A DNA stretch of 64,000 nucleotides from a cyanobacterium endosymbiont of Rhopalodia gibba. Lineage in GTDB: Bacteria > Cyanobacteriota > Cyanobacteriia > Cyanobacteriales > Microcystaceae. The notes under the pieces are model-generated. The model was given only the letters and a program-made list of their open reading frames with translations, searched no databases and had not been told where the DNA came from. Shown here in pieces: positions 57,349-64,000 of the stretch (positions are counted from its first letter, which is position 1; the number at the start of each line of letters is the position of its first letter). The stretch spans positions 2,976,001-3,040,000 of the forward strand of contig CP067995.1 in the NCBI GenBank assembly GCA_045159875.1, written 5' to 3'. Position numbers and translations under genes: made by a program.

Positions 57349-57690
57349 ATTGTACTATAACATGACTAATATACAAAATTTTGAAGACAGAACGCTTTTT
57401 TTATTAGATTTTAAAATTATAGAATACAGTTTCAACAAGATTTTTAGAAGTTATGAGATACTAATTGATTAGACTCGGTACAAAAGAGTAGAATTCAAAT
57501 TCTATATATATTATTCTCTTTGTCTTTATATCTTGCTTTAATTGACAGGGAATAACAGGAGAAGAATAATGCTTGGAAGAATATAAAATCAGCAAAAATA
57601 AGAACATTAGTCTCGAAATTACTAATTTTTTAAAAACACTCGATGATTCAAAATTACTTAGATTTTCATGTAATAAATTTTTAAAACAAA

Positions 57691-57763
57691 CGGGAACGGA
57701 GGGACTTGAACCCCCGACACCCAGGACCGGAACCTGGTGCTCTATCCGCTGAGCTACGTACCC
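57691..57763 (-). tRNA. trnR: tRNA-Arg(CCG)
   Basis: GGGTACGTAGCTCAGCGGATAGAGCA-CCAGG-TT-CCG-GT-CCTGG-GTGTCGGGGGTTCAAGTCCCTCCGTTCCCG. CCA not encoded. Confidence 0.95.
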
Positions 57764-57822
57764 ACAGTTAGTTCCCAGGATAACATTCTCTGTTGTCAAT
57801 TGTGGAGAGCATTAACAAAAAC

Positions 57823-58734
57823 TTAACGACGGGTCTTAGGGTCAAAGACATCCCGTAAACCATCTCCAACATAGTTAATACTTAAAACAGTTGTAAAAAT
57901 CGCTAACCCTGGAAAAAAAGCCATATGAGGTGACCAAGTTAAATAATCTTTTGCTTGAAACAGCATTTGTCCCCAGGTTGGTATATCGGGAGGAAATCCC
58001 AATCCTAGAAAACTTAAAGTAGATTCGGTAACAATTCCATTTCCTACCGCCAGAGTCCCTGCAACGATGATAACACTAAAGACATTGGGTAGAATATGAA
58101 CCGAGATTAATCGTAAGGGACTAGCACCCAGGGCAGTTGCCGCACTCATAAATTCCATTTCCCGTAGTTTTAACACATTTGCTCTCACAAGTCGTGCTAC
58201 AGACATCCAATTTAGTCCACCAATGACTATCACCACTAGGATAAATATACCTAACTCAGGTCCAGCAATCGTTTTGATGGTATCCCGAAATAAATAAACT
58301 ACCAGCAATAATAAAGGTAACTGGGGTAAAGATAAAAACAAATCTGTTAAGCGCATCAATACACTGTCTACTAATCCCCCATACAACCCAGCAATCACCC
58401 CAATAGCTGTTCCTAAAAAAATCGCCACCACCATAGCCGTAATTCCCACAGTTAAAGAAATACGCCCCCCAAATAACACTCGTGCAAGTTGATCCTGCCC
58501 AAGATCATTAGTGCCAAAAGGATGTTGCCAACTTGGGGGAGTAGACGCTTGAGTAAAGTCAATAGTATCAATAGGGACATGATAGAAAAATGGACCAACA
58601 ACGACACTAGTAATAATAAGACTTAATAAACTTAACCCTAATAAAGCTAGGCGGTTACGACAAAATCGCTGCCAGGTATTTCGCCACGAACTATTTGAGG
58701 GATAATCTTTCAGTGTTGGGGACTTAAAAGTCAT
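57823..58734 (-). CDS. Oligo/dipeptide ABC transporter permease (OppC/DppC family)
   Basis: HPFGTNDLGQD..ARVLFGGRISL, EAA-like EFMSAATALGAS..HILPN, ESTLSFLGLG, GDGLRD. Confidence 0.9.
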   Translation of the reverse strand: MTFKSPTLKDYPSNSSWRNTWQRFCRNRLALLGLSLLSLIITSVVVGPFFYHVPIDTIDFTQASTPPSWQHPFGTNDLGQDQLARVLFGGRISLTVGITAMVVAIFLGTAIGVIAGLYGGLVDSVLMRLTDLFLSLPQLPLLLLVVYLFRDTIKTIAGPELGIFILVVIVIGGLNWMSVARLVRANVLKLREMEFMSAATALGASPLRLISVHILPNVFSVIIVAGTLAVGNGIVTESTLSFLGLGFPPDIPTWGQMLFQAKDYLTWSPHMAFFPGLAIFTTVLSINYVGDGLRDVFDPKTRR

Positions 58735-60034
58735 TATATTCCTTACTTTTACCCGACATAATTTTTAAAGACACCTATCGTAAATCAGTTAATTCCTATC
58801 TTAACTTAACCCTTCAACCTTCACCATCTTATGTTAATGGAGACATAACATGATTGTAGAGAACTTTGTCTTGCTAGCGATTATCTGAGATCTCCACACT
58901 CTCCACAGTTCATTTCATCTTAGTAACTGATGATAATCACTATTCTGACAGTGTTTTTTTAAAAGGGGAAACTCTATCTCAAAAAGTATAAACCGTCAAA
59001 TTTAAGCAATTGTTCCTTATATTATCGATGTGCCTTAATAGATGGGGAACCTCTCTTTTTAAGAATCACTTGGAATTTGAGATAAGAGATGGCATCCCGA
59101 TACTATATTTTTAAAATAAAGAGATTATCTAACCTGAGTCTTCTCTAAAAAGTTGAAGATAATTTTAAACCCACCTCCCTCTTACTGCGGGTTGACGATT
59201 GGCTTTTCTTCCAAGATTATCTATTCTATAGACAAAGTCTATTTTTTCATCCTTGGTTGTCTTTTAACCCTTAAATTAATACTCTATCACTGGTATAAAA
59301 ACCTTAGAAGTCACTTCCTCTGTCCTCTTTGCTATTAAAGCAAAAGGATTATAAGAACGTAATTTTGCCCCAATAAACATCCCGTTTTAGAACGGATATT
59401 GAGCAAGTTTTTATATCAAAAGCGATTATCCAACTATTTTTACTAGATAAAATTGACTTTAGATATAAAGTTAGTGATAATATTTGAAAACTAATTTAAA
59501 GAAGAAATTTATCTCCAGACTTTGGCTTAGCTTCAGGATTTCCTCGATTGTCTTTACACTGCTGATTTCAATCATTTGCACGAACCAATGACGTTAGGGA
59601 GGAAATCTAGACTCTTTGAAAGATTTAGCAGAAGATAATGTTTTAGTAACTGAAGTGAGTGGGACTAAATTCGGTGAGACCAATGTATCTCGGAAAAATT
59701 TTTGGCTGATTCAATTGAATCAGCCAATCTGAAGATAAAGCCATCTTAAATTATTCAAGGTCCAGTGAGGCAAATTTGAGTGAGTTTCTTTTGAGAAATG
59801 CTCAATTGGTAAAAGTCTATTTCTATAGAACTAAATTGGCTTTGACTAATCTAACTCAAATCAAAGTAGATCTAACGAATACTAATGTATAAAAGTTAAT
59901 TTTAGTTTGGTTAATCTTGCAGCGCGTAGGAAAAAAAGAGCTATTTTGCTTATAAATCCATAAATGGTCTTGAGTAATCAAAAACCCCCATTACCGTTCT
60001 CTAATTAAGGTGTAGGGGTCTTTCAGAGACTATC

Positions 60035-60274
60035 TCACATAACCTGCTCTACTTCGGCAACTTCAGGGATCATTTCCTTTAGACGTCGTTCAATTCCCAT
60101 TTTTAAAGTCATAGTTGAACTGGGACAAGAGCCGCAAGCCCCCTTTAGCCGAAGTTTAACGATGGGACCGTCAATATCGACGAGTTCCACATTACCACCA
60201 TCAGCCATCAAGTAGGGGCGCATCTCATCCAATACTTGTTCCACATTATCTCTCGTGAGTGCCATTGCTTCCAT
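60035..60274 (-). CDS. nfu: NifU-C/Nfu Fe-S scaffold protein
   Basis: [30 protein letters not shown]. Confidence 0.92.
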   Translation of the reverse strand: MEAMALTRDNVEQVLDEMRPYLMADGGNVELVDIDGPIVKLRLKGACGSCPSSTMTLKMGIERRLKEMIPEVAEVEQVM

Positions 60275-60454
60275 AGTTAACCTCGGTCTACCTAATTTTA
60301 AAAATTACTGTCATTGTCATCCTAACGCGAAGCCTGGCATTTGATAAGCATCATTAGCGATAAATTCTTTCAACTTTAAAAAAGTTATCCTAATAATATA
60401 GATATGGACAACACTCTATAAGTCAACAGTTTAATATTTCTTATTATTAAAATT

Positions 60455-61087
60455 TCAATGTTCAAAAATATTCCTATATTGTCCAAGATCTAAATCTACA
60501 AAAATGGGGATACAATCAAAACAACTCTGGGCTAATTTCCATCTTCCCTCTCGTTTTAACATAGCCATTAACTTTTGTTGAATGGATAGTAGATACAGGA
60601 CATCATTCGCTGCATAATTCAATTGTACTTCGGATAGATTAGAGGCATTTCCCCAATCTGAACTTTGGGAACTCTTATCTAGTTCAATACCTTCAAATTC
60701 CTGTACTAAACTTTTTAATCCATGAGAATTTGTATAAGTACGAGCTAATTTACTAGCAATTTTAGTGCAGAAAATTGGTTTAGTTGTAATCTTAAATGAG
60801 CATAGTAATTGTGCTACATCAAATCGTGCATAATGGAAAACTTTAATAACTTTTTCAGATTCCATTAACTGTTTTAAATTGGGAGCTTCTGTTTGTCCTA
60901 TTCTAATGCGAATAGCTGTAACAAATCCATCGGAATCACATAATTGGATTAAACAAAGACGATCACGTTGGGGAATTAAGCCCATGGTTTCTGTATCTAC
61001 CGCAATGGCTGGAGTAGCTAAATAGCGGCACAAAGTATCATCAGATAAATCACAATCTTCAACTTTAAAATTTGTTAAAGTTAACAT
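60455..61087 (-). CDS. rnd: RNase D-like 3'-5' exonuclease (short cyanobacterial type)
   Basis: AVDTET, DRLCLIQL, KVFHYARFD, CTKIASKL, LDKSSQSSDW, YAANDV. Confidence 0.88.
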   Translation of the reverse strand: MLTLTNFKVEDCDLSDDTLCRYLATPAIAVDTETMGLIPQRDRLCLIQLCDSDGFVTAIRIRIGQTEAPNLKQLMESEKVIKVFHYARFDVAQLLCSFKITTKPIFCTKIASKLARTYTNSHGLKSLVQEFEGIELDKSSQSSDWGNASNLSEVQLNYAANDVLYLLSIQQKLMAMLKREGRWKLAQSCFDCIPIFVDLDLGQYRNIFEH

Positions 61088-62227
61088 AACAAAGTTAAAT
61101 TAGTAATGGTTTAATAAAGCTTTTAAAAAGCGTTTAAATTAATCGAGAGAAAGTTCAAAGTCCAGTAATGGTCAGTGAGAGTGAATTAGAAACTGAGTCA
61201 CTTAAATATAGTCTACACTATTTTAGTGCTGTTAAGACAAAAGGCTTTGTCAAAAAAATAGTTACATCAAACTGCTCATGTAGATTTAACTCAATAAAAT
61301 GTCAAATTAGAATATTCTAGAGTTGACAACTGAAGATTTTTTTTAAATCGCTTCTTTTGTCTGGCTTTAATCTATTATCAATACCTTCTAACAATGTTAT
61401 TTAATCTTGCGCTTAAGATAATTTAAATAATTAAGCTAATAATGAAGTCATTAAAAGTCTAATTATTCAACCTTTAAAACTTTTTTTATCAATTTTTATC
61501 ATAGATAGTATATAAAAAAAGTGCTGGCTCGGCAAACTTTACCTAGAAAATACAAGGTATTTTTACTCACTTTATTAGTAAAATACTAGCTTTTATAAAT
61601 TAAAAATTAATAAAATACAAAAAGACAGTAAAAATAACATTTTTCAAAAAAAATATCTCTTGTTCAAGATTCATCATGGAGTATTTAAACTAGAATTTAG
61701 CCTCCTTATATTTTAAAAAATTGATAAACTTTGATGTACTATGATACATAGTAATTATTTTAAATTTTTAACTTTTTTAGATAGCTAATGTTATAATTAA
61801 TTTGTCAATATACAGCTTTTCCAAAGTAAAGTAACTAATATTTTTAAATTTTTATTCATTCATTTGGTAATTTAGTTTAAAGAATTGAAGAGCACCCTTC
61901 GTATGCTTTGAATTAATTTTCTCATAGATAATTGATTTGTTAATCTGAAGAAACCTAAAATTAGCTAAATTAAAAAGAGAAAGTATTTCGGGGATAAAGT
62001 TTGGGTTAATTTATGCAACTTAAGGTAATTTTTAAAAGAATTTATCACCAGCTAAACTTCCTGTCATTAAAGATAATCACATCAGAAAGTTAAACAGACA
62101 ATAAATTATAGGACTATAGACATTAGTCAATATCTAAAATAAATTCGTTAATTATTGTTTGATAAAAATAATTATCTTTCGGAAAAACTGCTAATAATAG
62201 TAGATAGACAATTTACCGTTATTTTGA

Positions 62228-62845
62228 ATGAAAGTAATCGCATCAACCTTAATTACTTATCCTATTGTAGAAACTTTTCACTCGATCCAAGGAGAGGGAT
62301 TATGGATGGGGGTAAGTGCATTTTTTATTCGTTTAGCTGGATGTGATGTTCACTGTCTCTGGTGCGATCAAAAAGAGTCTTGGCCAGTTAAACCCTATCC
62401 ACGAAGGTCTGTAAAAGAGTTAGCAAAGTTGGCAAAACAAGCTAATCCTACCATTGTTGTTATCACAGGGGGAGAACCCTTGATTCACAATTTAGATCCC
62501 TTAACCGACGAATTAAGGAGGTTAGGCTTACGAGTTCACTTAGAAACATCAGGAACACATCCATTTAGTGGTAGTTTCGATTGGGTAACCTTTTCCCCAA
62601 AACCGTTTAGTCCACCCAATGAAAGTATTTATAGTCAAGTTAATGAATTAAAAGTAGTTATTGCATCAGAATTAGATTTAGAATGGGGACAGCAAGAGGC
62701 TAAAAAAATATTTTCGGGTACGATTAAGTATTTACAACCAGAATGGAATAGTTCTGAAAGTAAACAACTAATTTATGATTTTATTTTGCAACATTCCGAC
62801 TGGCGAATGAGTGTACAAATACACAAGTTTTTAGATTTTAGGTGA
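62228..62845 (+). CDS. queE: 7-carboxy-7-deazaguanine synthase (radical SAM)
   Basis: ETFHSIQGEG, FIRLAGCDVHCLWCD, ITGGEP, HLETSG, SPK, YLQPEW, SVQIHK. Confidence 0.92.
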   Translation: MKVIASTLITYPIVETFHSIQGEGLWMGVSAFFIRLAGCDVHCLWCDQKESWPVKPYPRRSVKELAKLAKQANPTIVVITGGEPLIHNLDPLTDELRRLGLRVHLETSGTHPFSGSFDWVTFSPKPFSPPNESIYSQVNELKVVIASELDLEWGQQEAKKIFSGTIKYLQPEWNSSESKQLIYDFILQHSDWRMSVQIHKFLDFR

Positions 62846-62866
62846 AGTTTTTAGATTTTAGGTGAA
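62825..62866 (+). repeat. 20-bp tandem duplication spanning the queE stop
   Basis: (aagtttttagattttaggtg)x2 + aa. Confidence 0.9.
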
Positions 62867-63653
62867 TATGAGTGGAATTATTTGACCTCAATCGGAAAAG
62901 TTACGTGAGCTTAAACTAACTTAAAATCATTGCGAGAGAGTTTTTCCAAGTGTTACTAAATCAAATTTTCAGTCCCCTTAGTTAAATTAAGATGACTTTT
63001 TGAGGAGATATGGCAGCTTAATTGATAGTACTACGTACTATAGTTAGAACGTTGATCAACGCTACAAAATTTTATAAGTTCATTCATTGTCTGCCTCATA
63101 ACAAGATTGTATCTTTCTTTGTACGGTATTCTATATGAGAAATTGCTAAGAATTTTGGATGAGAGATAGTCAAAAGCAGTGCAGTAATCACTGCACTGCT
63201 TTTGACTAAGTTTTAATACTTTGCCTGACAATTCGTATAAGCATACAACTCTGGTTCCTCTACCTTACAACAAAAGGTTGTTTTCCTAGTAATTTTTATT
63301 TCAGATAAAAAATATTGCAATTTATCTACCTCCGCCCAAACACCTCTACAGTCAGTACTACCGAATATCTATCAGCTGTGAATATATTTTTTTACATTAC
63401 CAGAAAATTTTTTTTACTTATTTCTTTGCTTCTCAGTATTACCAACTATCTAACGTAATCCGTAATCTAGCAGTACCCCTTTCCATTAGCTAACTTGATC
63501 AGGTCCGTCCTTTAATTTCTTATCTTCTGCCCGAATATAGGACTAAACTTGTTTTATTCTAGGTTTTCTGATTTTTGGGTCAAACTCTGAGCATGCTTTT
63601 GTCCTGACATCAAGACATTGCAAATCCTTTTCTATCTTTTAACAAATACGGAC

Positions 63654-63695
63654 TGTCTAGCTTCCGCGCAGGAATTCCCGCGCGGAAGCTAGACA
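63654..63695 (-). terminator. GC-rich 16-bp perfect hairpin downstream of the prohibitin gene
   Basis: tgtctagcttccgcgc-aggaattccc-gcgcggaagctagaca, 14 bp after the stop. Confidence 0.7.
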
Positions 63696-63709
63696 ATATT
63701 AAGCAAAGG

Positions 63710-64000
63710 TTATTGGGTTTGTAGATCCCCTAAATTAAATAGAAACGGGACACTTCCTTGATTTTTACCCCCCATCACTAACACATTAGGCATTTTTGCT
63801 CCCCCTTCTTTCCAAGCTTCAATCGCTTCTTTTTGAAGAACCAAGTCCCCACCTTGGGCTTTCAAAGTTTCTGCTAGTAAACGTTGGGCTTCTGCTTTTC
63901 CTTTAGCACGGTTAACATCTGCTTGGGCCTCTTGTTCAGCTTCCTGGGCAATATAAACTGCTCGTTGTGCTCGTTGTTCAGCAATTTGTTTTTCTTCAAC
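63710..64000 (-). CDS. 3' end of a prohibitin/SPFH (band 7) family protein; missing from the ORF track
   Basis: Manual translation: VEEKQIAEQRAQRAVYIAQEAEQEAQADVNRAKGKAEAQRLLAETLKAQGGDLVLQKEAIEAWKEGGAKMPNVLVMGGKNQGSVPFLFNLGDLQTQ*. Confidence 0.87.
   Translation of the reverse strand, partial: VEEKQIAEQRAQRAVYIAQEAEQEAQADVNRAKGKAEAQRLLAETLKAQGGDLVLQKEAIEAWKEGGAKMPNVLVMGGKNQGSVPFLFNLGDLQTQ

Noticed and set aside
57461..57799. 112-aa ORF in the track
   Set aside because: It reads through tRNA-Arg(CCG) and then AT-rich low-complexity DNA. Spurious.

Overview
This window comes from a heavily eroded cyanobacterial genome. Protein sequences and gene order resemble the Crocosphaera/Cyanothece group. 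About 36 intact CDSs (roughly 25 kb, about 40% coding) and 2 tRNAs sit among multi-kb AT-rich tracts full of pseudogene remnants. Manual translation of these tracts shows decayed photosystem genes still in their ancestral syntenic positions: psaF-psaJ divergent from tsaD, psbH next to tatA (with a possible psbN trace), and psbZ upstream of ribH. Other remnants include natB, a GH57 gene, a P-type ATPase, an NTF2/SnoaL gene, a TerB-like gene and an IS630 transposase. Respiratory, redox and biosynthetic genes are intact: ndhH, a petL missed by the ORF track, ftrC, rpe, ldpA, hpnI, bioB/bioY, ribH, aroB, purA and hom. Loss of both PSI and PSII subunits with cytochrome b6f/NDH-1 retained best fits a non-photosynthetic cyanobacterial endosymbiont such as a rhopalodiacean diatom spheroid body (diazoplast). 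That assignment is an inference, and no nif genes are in the window. I found no CRISPR array, prophage or clearly novel multi-gene system. The most unusual signals are long perfect palindromes and hairpins in decayed DNA, apparent HIP1 erosion, natB loss, and small unknown genes kept intact. All homology calls come from my recognition of translated sequence, not from database searches.
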